Assembly (NCBI GenBank): GCA_043228905.1 | Contig: JBHGNT010000022.1 | Coordinates: forward strand, 1,116,001 to 1,180,000 | Reading direction: 5' to 3' | Source of the DNA: Azolla caroliniana | Taxonomy: Eukaryota; Plantae; Polypodiophyta | Length of the DNA stretch: 64,000 nt | Shown: positions 51,989-64,000 of the stretch, piece after piece | How the letters are laid out: each line of letters opens with the position of its first letter | How positions within the stretch are numbered: the stretch's first letter is position 1 | Made by a program: the position numbers and the translations under genes | The notes under the pieces: generated by a model | The model's database searches: none | Seen by the model: only the letters and a program-made list of their open reading frames with translations | What the model was told of the DNA's origin: nothing

Positions 51989-54900
51989 CTAATGATGATG
52001 ATGCCCTCCAGGTGGTCCACCTGGTCCAATCACTTCTAGCTATACAAACCAACAAAAACAATACAGTTTAGAATTCCCCAATGCCAGATTTATATCTGGA
52101 AAGAACAAAAACCCACAAAAATACCTCCACGTTGAAGTACCCTAAGCAGGAATACTTTTACAACATTTAAAAACTATTCTGGTAAATATCGAGAAGTTCT
52201 GATGTATTTCAATGTTTGTCCTCTTATGTTTATTATTATTACCTGGAATACTTGTGTGCAGACTGTGCATTCATATTGTTCCCCTTTCTTCAGCTTAAAC
52301 CACACAACATCGTGTTCATCCTCTATAACCAAACGAAACATCAGAGGTATTCGAGCCAAACGTTAAAATTATAAAATATAAAACTGAAAAGATCAGCAGT
52401 AAAAATAATCTAGCAATAATACCTCCGATTCCTCCTGAGCAGCCAACAATGCGCTCATCATAGAGTGATTGAATGATGGCTGGACTTTCCTGATCGAATT
52501 AAAAGTTGCATTTAACTTTTGATGTATTGCAGTAGAGTTAGAAACAAATAAGAAACTCAACTAAAAGTTTCAAAATAGAGAACCAACGTAATGGATGGGT
52601 TTAGAATTTCGTAAGTGAATAATGTGAGTGCACATATCTCATGAGGCCATATATTGGTTCTTAAAACCCAAATTACTTGAATTCACATTCAAATTCATGA
52701 TCACAAATACATACAGTATTGAACATATCCATTGCAAAATATAACTTATTCCAATCTAAATTCTGTTCCTTTAAAAACCCCATCTTTACTCAAGTATCTC
52801 TAACTGCCATTTCATGATTGCCAACATAGTCAGTATTGGACAAATCCACAGCAAAATATAACAATTTAAAACACATGCCAACTCCGGAAGACCCTATCCT
52901 TTGCTCACGTTTCTCTAGTAGCCATTTCATGATTGCCAAGATAGACAGCATTGAACGTATCCATTACAATATATATAACTCATTTCCATTTGAAACACTT
53001 GCCATTATCATGGCACATTAATGTTGAATTCCAGCGTAATAAGAAATTTTAGGTATCACTTAAGGAGAAGTATAACTTACCATTAATCATCCAACCCAAC
53101 TTGCACAAACAATCCATACATACTTCCAAGCATCCAATCTCAACAACTGTCTTCTCAAACATCCCTTCTCCAAGAAAAATCTACTATATGTGTCTCATCT
53201 TCATATCACCTCCCAGCAACCTCACAACTCATGAAAGAAACATCATGATCACAACAATCACATGTGGCCATCAACTCTTTATCATCATTCTCCTGCTTGT
53301 TAAAAACAGAGCTTCATGTGGCAGTCATTTCTATAACACAAAGGTATATCCATCTCAAGCCTATCAGCAAGATTTCAATCATGTCTATCTCACTAAAGAT
53401 ATTCTTCAAAGCACTAGCCAATTTGAAGTCATTGTGAACCCTAGTTACAGACTAAGCAACTATTATGATTCGATTATAACAAGTGTAATAATGTCTGGTT
53501 ATAAATATATTAAAAGAAATTACCAATAAAACATACATTTTCCAACTCGACCATGCTCCAGATATCATAAAAAAGCATCCATTCTTTCACTGCTCCATAA
53601 TACTATCTCCATATCACCTTCAAAAATCATCCCAGTTTTAAACGATCACAAACACATCTTCATCCTTATTCATACATAGATTCTCGCCATCACCATCATC
53701 CATCATACAGGGATCCTTATTCCACATCCAAAGTTGAATAACAATTACAACATTATCACAATCATCAGCATCTTTATGGGTATACACTATCACTACATTC
53801 TAAACACTCTAGAATTAGAGCAATCCACTAATTTCTCTCCTCTTACTGTAAAGTTGGCCCTCTTCATCCAAACATTCATGATTCATTCATCTCATGATTC
53901 CTTCTAAACACAATATTAGCTGATCTTGATTCCCTGGATAATTCTATCATAGTTCTTTCTTTCTTTCTTTCTTTACAAGAAGTGAGCTAACTTCTCTACT
54001 TCAACCGTTATTAACTTTTTATCCTCCACATTTTCTCCAGAATATCAGCACAATTGTTCTACAAATAATTCTCAGTTTGTCATCTTCATAGACATGCATA
54101 TCTCCACTCTTATCCAGGCAACTCTATTTACTACAGGTATAAAAGTTCTCCTTGGTTGATCAAAAATCAGAAACAAACTCTAGTGAGATATTACACGTGT
54201 CACTGTAACATGTTGAAATGCAAGAATGGTTCCAGTTACATGGCAGAAATATGAATGCACACCCATTCTAATATAGTTTGGATAGTCAACTTTTCAACCT
54301 GAACAAATTGGAAAAGAATAGAGTGATCCGAAATGATAACACTGAAGAGGATAATGAAAGAAAATGGATCAGCCCCACAACATCTCTCACAAGATGGATT
54401 ATCATCAGGCCTTATGTCTTATCTCATGCACTCCCTATAGTATAAAAGGGCTACTTAGCACCTGTTCACATCAGTTAGAGATTGAGATAGCCAGACATGC
54501 ACAAAAGTCGTTTGAAAAACGGATCTACCAATTGTGCTATCAGGAGTTGAATTGAAAGAACACTACTTTGATGTTTTTATGAAATATGAGGGAGATATCC
54601 TACCTCTTGAAACAAGGTTTTGGCCCACCAGCTCATCAACAATGAACCATCATAACTTTCTTGAGCTCAAATTACTCCTCGTCTTACAAGTCAATCACAA
54701 GCTACACAGCCAATGTATCAATTGAGACACTCAAAGGGGTAACAATAGAACAAACAATACCAAAATTTTCATTCAAGTAGGCTCCATCCATATGTACCAC
54801 AGCCCCATCATCACCCTTGTCATTAACAGTAATGATCATTATCACCTGGCACTGGAGGTGCTTCCCCTGCTTCCCAAACCTCTCCATCTTGGATAGTTCC

Positions 54901-57810
54901 GTGTTGGAGATGTTTCAAAGGCAGAAGTTTCACTTGACATCAACGAGACTCTTTAAAACCTTATTTTAACCCCTTATATTTGATAATATGTATTTTTATT
55001 TGTAGTTCTGAAAGACGAGACAGGATTCAGTCTCATGAGCCATTTTATCCTCTTAGAAGACGTTCATATATCATTCTTTTTCTTTATAATATGTATTTTC
55101 TCCGGTGATTCTCCTGTTTCAGAGACCTCTCCATCTTGGATGATCCCATGTTGGAGATCTTTCAAAGGCAGAAGTTTCAATCTAAGTTCAGAATCTTAAG
55201 AGTGTGGTTAACGAAATTCTTTAGTATCTTTTATTTAATAATATGTATTTTTTACTTTTTTTGTTCTGAAAGACAAGACAAAATAAGGTTTCATAGGCCA
55301 TTTTGTCCTCTGAAAATATGGTCATGTATCATACTTTCTCCTCAAGTACATGTATTTTCTCCAGTGTTGCCCCCAGTACAAGAACTCTCCATCATGGATC
55401 ATCCTATGTTGGAGATGTTTCAAAGGCAAAAGTTCCATTCTAAGTCCAGAATCTTAAGTGCCTAGATAACGAGACACTTTAATATCTTATATTTATTAGT
55501 ATGTACTTTCATTTTTGGTTCTGAAAGACAAGCTGACATTCGTTTTCATAGGCCATGCACTTGGCACACTTCTTCTCAAACTATAAGTGGGATGAGGAAA
55601 GAAAGTTTGTTCTTGTCTTCCACAATGGCTCTCGGTGTTAATTTTGCCAGGGATCCTTCCCACACCCAAAAGGTGTTCATTCCAACATTTGTGGCTCCAC
55701 CTTCCCCCTACCCCTTTTATTGTTTCCTCATCAATTGACAACACAGAGGCCATTGTCTCTATCACCTCCGCTGACCTCACAATCATTTGCCTTCACCCCG
55801 TCATTCTCTTCTCCACTCCTCCCTCTAGCCAGCTCTCTCCTCACATATCTAGGGAAATACGTGCATCATTGATGGGAAATGTTAAAATAAACTAAATTAC
55901 CTAACAATCAGGTATTTATTTGTTCGGCATGCATTAATGTGATTGTGGACAGTGTGCATGGCTTCTTCTGCATGCCACATGGCCAACAATGTCTCCATCA
56001 CATTGAAAAATGCCAGAGTGGCTAACTTAGTTGTATACTTCTTGGACAAAGACAAAGTGGTCAAGCTCCAATCGGAGAGCAGAGTTGGGTACAAAGAGTC
56101 ATGTGCAACAATTCTAACCAATATTAAAACACCCCTTAACATCAACCAATATTAAAACACCCCTTAACAATTCTATAGATCAAGGTGAGCTTGGATGAGG
56201 AAGACAAATCTCCCAAATCGAATATACCCTCAATTACTGTACCTTTGACACTGTCACGAACCCATGCTTAGATTAGGGTAAAATACACCCTCAATTGGTG
56301 TGTCCCCCACGAGCCAAACAAAAAGAATCTTCATAAAAGTGATGATCACCAACATGTCATATTTCTATCCCTTTAAAACCTTACTCGTAAGCCAAGAAAA
56401 ATGAAAACCTAGCAACACTACATGGTTCATAATAAGAAAAAATCTCACCTTAAAAACTACTTGTATGCCAAGAAACATGAAAACTCAGCAATGCTACATG
56501 GTTCGTAATAAGTAAAAACATCACCAAAATGACATGGTAAACCAAACTAAACAAACAAGAAAAGAACATGTACACAAGACAATCACTTGTGTTCAGATTA
56601 ACAAAGGATATTTCAAGCATAAGCATATCTTCTCGTATATGTAGTTCTCGAAAAAATATAATTTTTTTAGAGAGGGTATAGCAAGTACCTTAGTACCAAA
56701 GGGGCCTCGAGGAGGTTCAAGGTCAAAAAGTTTCTTCCCCTGTTATAAAGATTAATAGTTCTAAGGGCCTATATTTCCCATCAGAAGGATAAGTATTCCA
56801 TGTGTTAATATGAATGCCAAAGTTTCCATACCTGACGCTCAGCCAAGAGTTCTTGTAGTTCCACACCAGTTGCAATGCCAAGATCATCGGCTTCAGCCAA
56901 TTTATCACTATCTGCTAAATCATGTTATCATTCCACTGAGTTTGCATAAGAAAAAAAATTACCAAATTCAGTCGTTTGAGTATTATTAACTGCTAAATTG
57001 TGCATCATTATTCAGTGACCAAATATACGTAAGAGAGAAACCAATCAATCACCATCTGTTGTCGATAATTTACCACGATCAGCTAAATCTTATTATCATT
57101 TCATTACTGATTTTATGTAAGAAATCAATTGCCAACTTATACCAATTATGCACCATTAACTACTAAAATTGTGCATTATTGTTCAATAACTGAAAATGCA
57201 GCCGAAATTAATCAAGAGATAATAATCAACTTCAAATATTTTACCATATAACCTGCAACATCAGATTATGGTCTTAGAAAACGGATGCTTACAAAGAGAA
57301 AATTTGCAAAGTTTGTTTAAGATGACAAGCTGATTATGGTCTTAGAAAAGTCCAGGGAAAAATCGCAATAAAACAAAGAAAAGCAAAGAATCAAAAAATG
57401 AAATAAAATTCGAAGACGAACAAAAACCAATTCTCGTATTGAAAAATGTAGCACAACAATCATCTGATTCTTTGCGAATACAGAGAGGTGAGAACGATCT
57501 AACAGTTAAAAGTAGCAGAAATTCATACGGATTTTTGGTAAAATGGAATCTTTAGGGATGGCGTTATGCTTTTCTTTGTCCTTTTTTAAGACAACTAACC
57601 TTCAGAGACATCAACGATGACCTTAACTTCGTCCGATTTCTGGACGTCTGAGGAGAACCATCGCTGTGAACAAGAAGACGCGCATCTGTGCTGATCGATG
57701 ATGAGAGGTGCGAGGAAAGATTGAACGGGCGAAGGAAGAAGAGCAGGCGATGGTGAGGATGAGCGAGTTCTGAGGAGAGGAAGGAAACTTCTGCGCGCAT
57801 ACCTCCACAT
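51989..57810 (-). CDS. COX5B: Cytochrome c oxidase subunit 5b, mitochondrial; exons 57810-57600, 56911-56832, 56739-56689, 52489-52423, 52322-52243, 52039-51989 (179 aa)
   Basis: Arg/Ser-rich presequence MWRYARRS.., IATGVELQEL, GPFGTKESPAIIQSLYDERIVGCSGG, EDEHDVVWFKL..YECTVCTQVFQL, C-terminal GPGGPPGGHHHH*. GT-AG introns with consistent phases. Confidence 0.95.
54880..55555. repeat. Diverged tandem repeat, ~3 x 250 bp, in COX5b intron 3
   Basis: CTCTCCATC..TGTTGGAGAT..TTCAAAGGCA(G/A)AAGTT recurs at ~54880, ~55127 and ~55385. Confidence 0.8.
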
Positions 57811-57859
57811 GGCGTGTGGGCGTGTCCGAAGAAGACACAGCGGAGCGAGACGAGGATTT

Positions 57860-57940
57860 TAGGGTTTACAATTCAAGCCTGCTGTTTTCTAGGGTTTCTC
57901 AGATCCTAGGGTCAATCAAGCCTGCTGTTTTCTAGGGTTT
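57860..57940 (-). promoter_or_regulatory. Telo-box (AAACCCTA) cluster upstream of COX5b
   Basis: TAGGGTTT at 57860, 57890 and 57932, two of them inside a ~27-bp direct repeat, 50-130 nt upstream of the ATG. Confidence 0.55.
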
Positions 57941-57944
57941 CTTT

Positions 57945-58345
57945 TCTTTATTCCTTTTTTTCCTTATTTTTTTACTTTTCTTCTTTAGGGTTAAGGATTT
58001 CTTATTTTTTATGTTTTTCCTGTCTTATTTTTTTCAAATTTGGTTTTTTCTTTTTTCTTCTTTTTCTTTTTTTTCTTTTTTTTCTTTTTTGTATTTATTT
58101 GTTTCTTTTTTCTTTTTTGTATTTATTTGTTTCTTTTTTCTTTTTTGTATTTATTTGTTTCTTTTTCTTTTTTTTTCTTTTTTCTTTTTTCTTTTTTTTC
58201 TTTTTTCTTTTTTTTCTTTTTTCTTTTTTTTTCTTTTTTCTTTTTTGTATTTATTTGTTTCTTTTTTCTTTTTTCTTTTTTCTTTTTTTTCTTTTTTTTC
58301 TTTTTTCTTTTTTCTATTTATTTGTTTCTTTTTTTATTTTATTTT
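57945..58345. repeat. T-rich low-complexity tract (TTTTTTC and TGTATTTATTTGTTTC units)
   Basis: Read directly from the sequence; the Phe-rich ORFs here are artefacts. Confidence 0.9.
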
Positions 58346-58423
58346 CCTGTAACTTGGATGGAGCCCATTGTGCATGCATCCCATCCCATCCCATCCTTTT
58401 GTATCCATTCGAACAGTGAATAT

Positions 58424-60034
58424 CTCCTGGGGGGGCTGCATGTCTCAAGCTTGAAGCAACTCCACGATAACATGGGCGAATATTTCTTGGGGGGGGGTGC
58501 ATGTCTCAAGTTCAAATCCACATCCATGATCGCATGCACGCACTGCCTCTTGCAGGATGGGGAGATCGAGCGCAACAAATCAAGACATTTCTTTGGGTGT
58601 GCATGTCTCAAGCTCGACTAGTGGCCTGATGGTCCGCATGCACGTTTGTGTATGTGCCTGGATTAGCAGATATCTGGCGCAGGAAATCATAACACATTTC
58701 ATAAGGGTGGATGTCTCATGCTCGCGTGGACCCATGGTCGCATGTGCGTTGTAATTGTGTGTCGCATTGCTTGGATGGGGAGATCTAGTGCAACAAATCG
58801 GCTTTAGCTCTCACCTCTCGATATGAGACATATTATGTCAGCATGTCATTCGTCGAATAACTCGTGTATACATTGCAACATGGCGTTTAACTACTCCAAA
58901 CCTTGTGTATCTCTACTTGTTCATCTACTCGTCCATGTGGAAATGGAGCAAACATGTGTCATAGGGTTGTGTGTCAACTTTACTAGGTTGAAACTCCTAG
59001 CCTTGAATTCATATAATTGGCATGCACAAGTATGATTCTAAGTGTGTATGATTAGCCCAAATGTGAGAGGCATCTTGCATATCCACTTGATTCGGATGCA
59101 ACACGCCTTAAAAGACATGAATGGGATACAATAGTTGGATTACCTAAAGATAGCAATCTAACTCACAAGTTCATGTTGACCTACAAATAACATGGTTGCT
59201 TCACCTTACTTTGGAGTGATTGATACACCTTACTCCTGGGGGGCTGCATGTCTCAAGCTTGAAGCAACTCCACGATAACATGGGCGAATATTTCTTGGGG
59301 GGGGTGCATGTCTCAAGTTCAAATCCACATCCATGATCGCATGCACGCATTGCCTCTTGCAGGATGGGGAGATCGAGCGCAACAAATCAAGACATTTCCT
59401 TGGGTGTGCATGTCTCAAGCTCAACTAGTGGCCTGATGATCGCATGCACGTTTGTGTATGTGCCTGGATTAGCATATATTTGGCGCAAGAAATCATAACA
59501 CATTTCATAAGGGTGCATGTCTCATGCTCGTGTGGACCCATGGTCGCATGTGCGTTGTAATTGTGTGTCGCATTGCTTGGATGGGGAGATCTAGCGCAAC
59601 AAATCGGCTTTAGCTCTCACCTCTCGATATGAGATATATTATGTCAGCATGTCATTCGTCTAATAACTCGTGTATACATTGCAACATGGCGTTTAACTAC
59701 TCCAAACCTTGTGTATCTCTACTTGTTCATCTACTCGTCCATGTGGAAATGGAGCAAACATGTGTCATAGGGTTGTGTGTCAACTTTACTAGGTTGAAAC
59801 TCCTAGCCTTGAATTCATATAATTGGCATGCACAAGTATGATTCTAAGTGTGTATGATTAGCCCAAATGTGAGAGGCATCTTGCATATCCACTTGATTCG
59901 GATGCAACACGCCTTAAAAGACATGAATGGGATACAATAGTTGGATTACCTAAAGATAGCAATCTAACTCACAAGTTCATGTTGACCTACAAATAACATG
60001 GTTGCTTCACCTTACTTTGGAGTGATTGATACAC
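58424..60034. repeat. Recent tandem duplication, 2 x ~806 bp
   Basis: 58424-59228 and 59233-60034 are near identical (ORFs at 58823 and 59629 differ by one residue). Internal GCATGTCTCAAG subrepeats. Confidence 0.92.
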
Positions 60035-61363
60035 TATCATCAAACCATGCCCATGACAATGGTGGCAAAAAAAATTTACTCAGAATTTCGAGTATCATAA
60101 CAAATTTTACAATACAAAGAGGAAGTTGTCGAGCAACAAGATTTGGACATGCCTCTAAACTTCAACAAGAATCTAGAGCCCTACCATTGGGCAACACTCA
60201 CGGTTGTGTATGGGAAAAATTTACATTTGATGTCGGTTTGGTTGCCCAATCAAGGAACCATTTCTTCAAGTAAATGATTCAGAACCTCATAGAGCACATG
60301 CATATTATCTGCAAATTCGGTGTCAATTTGGTTGCCCACATCAATGTGTTGGACAACTTGACCAAAAAACTCTTCAACATTCTAAAGATGATCACCAATG
60401 ACAACCACATTGATTGAGATCATGCATTCCATTTGGCACTATGGGTGTAAGGCACTAGCTAGCTATAAAACTAATTTGTCGGCAATGCTATTTCACTTGG
60501 CCTTAGGCCTTGAAAAGGTCATTCTACTCTATTGAGCCCCCATGGTCATGCCAATGTGCCACTTGACGAAGATACTTCACATTGTGTGTGCAAATTCTAT
60601 CGCTCTCCATGGTCAAAGATCGACCCAAGAGCTTGTTGCATCTCAAAATCCTTTGACGATATCTTAAGTCATATGTGGATGAGAACCAACAACACCCAAA
60701 AGTAACAATTTTCCATTACATTTTCTTACTCATTTGCCATAACATGGTTTGTCCTTATCCCAATCAAGCTTAGAATACGATGGACAACCCTAACTGGATT
60801 GTCCACACAAAGGGCAAGGGGACATTCAAGATTAGCATCCTAGATGGTTGCCAAGATTTGTAGGTCATCAACAATTTCAGATTTGAGCCATATTTCGGTG
60901 ACCTTCCACTGCCACCAACACCTAGTTAATGTGGCCCCAAATGTGCTACCATTGTGCAACTGCATATAAACATAATATGTATTTATATTTACAAATCTGC
61001 GTTAGATCATAATTATAGTGAGTGAACTCTTTGGACTTTGGGCTTCCCTTAGCTTGCAACCCCACCCCCATATTCCCCACTTTAATACTCCTTGTCATAT
61101 GAATAGAACCATCACATCTAGTTTAATCACTTTTAGTGATTTTCTTGGCTTTCTCTACATATGTAGGTAGAAGGACATCTTGTAAAGCCATTAGAAAACC
61201 TAAATGTGCATTTGAAGAAAAGATCCCCACATGCTCCAACATCCAAAAACTCCACATAAAAATGACTTTCAACTTCTCAACATGGGCTTTCACCCATTGT
61301 CTTCTATCGAACATGAAAGCATTATGCATATTCCAATTGTGTTGCAATACCCAATAATGTAAA

Positions 61364-62315
61364 TGTTGAGAGACGATCTCAACATGGGCCGAATCAGCTA
61401 AAGAAGCCAAGAGGCAGAACGGTTGGAGACCGATCGGTTAGGCCCGAATCGAATGAATAAGCCGAAAGCCGAATCGGTTGGTAAACTGAATCAACTAGCC
61501 GTTAGGGGTCTATATTCCTATTTTAGTAATAGGAATATTATAGGTTGTTAGTGTCAAGCTCATTCATGAGCATTACAGTATTGATAGTACTTGTGTCAAC
61601 CCACTTATCATGGCTTGTATAAAAAGTGCTCACTGAGCACATTGTATGTATACACAGAGAACATTTTGTAATAGTTTTTTTTTGTTGTTGACTACTCTCT
61701 CTGACCCTCTCTCTCACTATGTATCCATTCTCTGTGTTTACCTAACTATCGAGTTTCCGAATAACCGGCTATGTACGATGGGTCTTCCGCTTACGCTTCT
61801 GCACACGTATTCTTTTTCATGGTATCAAAGCGCAAGGGTTGAGAATCCTCTGCAACCGACCGAAAAGCAAAGCGAACAAGACTGAGACAAGTTTCTTCGT
61901 TTTTTGGAAAAGAAAAGACGGGAACATGGACATAGGTATCAAAAGCTCCCTTCCCACAGAAAAGCTTGATAGGAGCAACTACGCATCCTGGTCTTACAAG
62001 ATGCACCAGTACCTACTCGGGCACGGGTACTGGAGTTACGTGGAAGGAGCAAATGAAACAACATCGGATTCGAGACATAGAGATTTCCCGGCTTGGGAAC
62101 AAGCAACAAGCAAAGTTCTTTACTGCTTTGCATCGTGTGTGTGCGATCAACTTTTGGGCTATATCCAAGATGCCATGATGCCAAAGGATGTGTGGGAGAA
62201 CCTCAAGAGGATCTTCGCCGCAAGCACGATGGCCAGGAAATTGCAGCTCAGGTAGGAGCGCAACAATGTTCGGTAGAAAGATTTGTCTGTGGCCGATTAT
62301 GCAACCCGAATCTAG
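61364..62315 (+). mobile_element. Ty1/copia element D (same lineage as A and C): 5' LTR 61364-61819, PBS, start of gag
   Basis: TGTTGAGAGA..TTTCA, PBS TGGTATCAAAGC 61820-61831, gag SSLPTEKLDRSNYASWSYKMHQYLLGHGYW. Truncated at 62315 by another LTR. Confidence 0.9.
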
Positions 62316-64000
62316 TGTTATCCGTGGGACGAAAGGCACGAGGGGTGAAAAGAATTTTAAAAGTAAAGTGTGAAAAGGGACAAGTATGAAAAGGAGAAAC
62401 AAGTCAAGCACTAGCAGTCGAGGAAGGTAAACCAAAAGACAAGCAACCGTGAAAAAAGGCCGAGAATCAGGAGGAATTAGCTGAAGCGCATAGGCTATAT
62501 AAATCATTAAGAAGCGGGAGGCAAGAGAGACAAAAAATATCTCGTTAATGTCATGGACACACCAACCATGGAGCTATACTTGATGAGGCTAGAAACTCGG
62601 GAAGTTGGGGGTGACGAGGTGAGGAACTTAAGAAGCAGGGCCCGACACAAAGAGCATGAAGACAAAGATAAAGATCAAAGAGACAAGATGACGCGAAATT
62701 AGAATACTAGATTGATGTGTCAATGATTGGTGTTGAATCCCTTGAACGGGACCAAGGAGGTTACAAGTATTTATATTGTGAGCTGAAGTACATGCATTAG
62801 AATATTTTAGAGAATATTTTGGAGAATATTCTAGAACCTTCTAGTTCTCGAATTTTCTTAACACTCCTAGAACTTGAATAGATAATCTACGACGATATAT
62901 ATAATATGGCCATGTTTTTGGGTGTGTTGGTTACAACATAACACTTGAGTATAATACAAGAGATCAAGTGTTTGAATCTTGACATAACTGTTGTCATGTT
63001 TGTGACATTACTCTCCCCTTTATGGCCGCCCTTTCGAAAGCGTCATGGTGCAAGGGTGAACTAAAGTACAAAATCAAAGTTGATTGATGATTGAGCAAGT
63101 CCTCACGAGAAATAACAACACGAATGGATGTGAGCGACCATGTGAGGTCCTCATTGGAGATTGGAACATCAATGCTCCCCTTTTCGAAAGAGCGGGAAGT
63201 GGAGCACTGACAGGAGTCAGAAACCATGTGTTGTCCTCATTGGAGACTAGGTGAGCGACCATGTGCGGTCCTCACCAAAGATTGGAACACAAACGGGCAT
63301 GAGTGACCATGTACGGTCCTCACCGGAGATTGGAATCATTGCTCGCTTGCACTCCATTTTCATTTTGGTCCACACTTCGCTCCACTTTCTTGGTGGGGAA
63401 CATGAACGGGAATGAGTGACCATGTGTGGTCCTCACCGGGAACAGAACAACAACGAACGAAGGAGTGCAAGTTAAGCGGTCAACTCAACTTCTTCTATCA
63501 TTAGAGGGTAAATAGTCGAGGTTGACCCAAAACACGGCACAAATGGTAGTGCTAGCGAGAAACCAACACGATCCCCACCAAGAAAGTGAGTGGTTAGGAC
63601 CCCCACTGGAACTAGAAGGTGAGCGATCGAAATCTATCCTCGTTAAAGGAAAGTGGAGTGAAATGTGGACCAAAATTAAAATGGAGTGCAAGCGAGCAAT
63701 GATTCGATCCCCATCAAGAAAGTGAGTGGTTGTAACCCCCACCGAAACTGTGAAGGTGAGCAATCGAAATCAATCCTCGTGAAAATCGTGAAGCAAAGTG
63801 ATACCTATAGATGAGGACAATGACAATGAAGAGGGCGGAACAATGATGATAATCAAAGGCCACACAAAGTAGTGTTGATGAGGATGAAGGTTGGGCGAAG
63901 TAGCGTTTGAGGAAGACAACAAGAGGTGCTGAAAATGATCGTGTCGAAGACAAGGCAACAAAGACGATGATGATGAGAAGCGTCTCTAGAAAGAACGATT
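62316..64000 (-). mobile_element. 3' end of an LTR retrotransposon (LTR 62316-63007, PPT 63008-63022) inserted in copia D gag
   Basis: TGTTA..TGACA, followed on the - strand by AAAGGGGAGAGTAA|TGTCAC; TATAAATA on the - strand near 62770; repeat-rich non-coding 3' region. The partner LTR is outside the window. Confidence 0.65.

Noticed and set aside
53040-56150. Possible decayed TE or gene fragments in COX5b intron 3 (similar stretches at 22900-24900 and 31500-32380)
   Set aside because: No motif could be recognised with confidence by eye; needs BLASTX or RepeatMasker.
58011-58621. Phe-rich ORFs
   Set aside because: Translation of a poly-T low-complexity tract.
63130-63440. CRISPR-like repeat-spacer pattern
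   Set aside because: Eukaryotic context, degenerate repeats, irregular and partly repeated spacers, no cas genes.

Overview
Land-plant nuclear DNA, probably a non-seed plant (inferred from the retroelement types, not proven). Two host genes are present: a canonical long PIN auxin efflux carrier (+ strand, 4 exons, 27297-30594, 683 aa) and nuclear-encoded mitochondrial COX5b (- strand, 6 exons, 57810-51989, 179 aa). Most of the rest is LTR retrotransposon. Positions 1-21567 hold a multi-layer Ty1/copia and Ty3/gypsy nest. Positions 32387-45507 hold a 13.1-kb Ty3/gypsy with a large extra 3' ORF and a 3.06-kb non-autonomous LTR element inserted in its gag. Another copia/gypsy nest starts at 61364. 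The most unusual signal is that the 13.1-kb gypsy and its non-autonomous passenger both lack a polypurine tract next to the 3' LTR. Both instead carry a second, inverted tRNA-type primer-binding site (..GGGCGTGCCA) within a 29-nt block that is identical in the two elements, although their LTRs and interiors show no visible similarity. This points to a dual-PBS, PPT-less family that may prime plus-strand DNA with a second tRNA or a tRNA mimic. tRNA assignments are from recalled plant tRNA 3' ends and need database confirmation.
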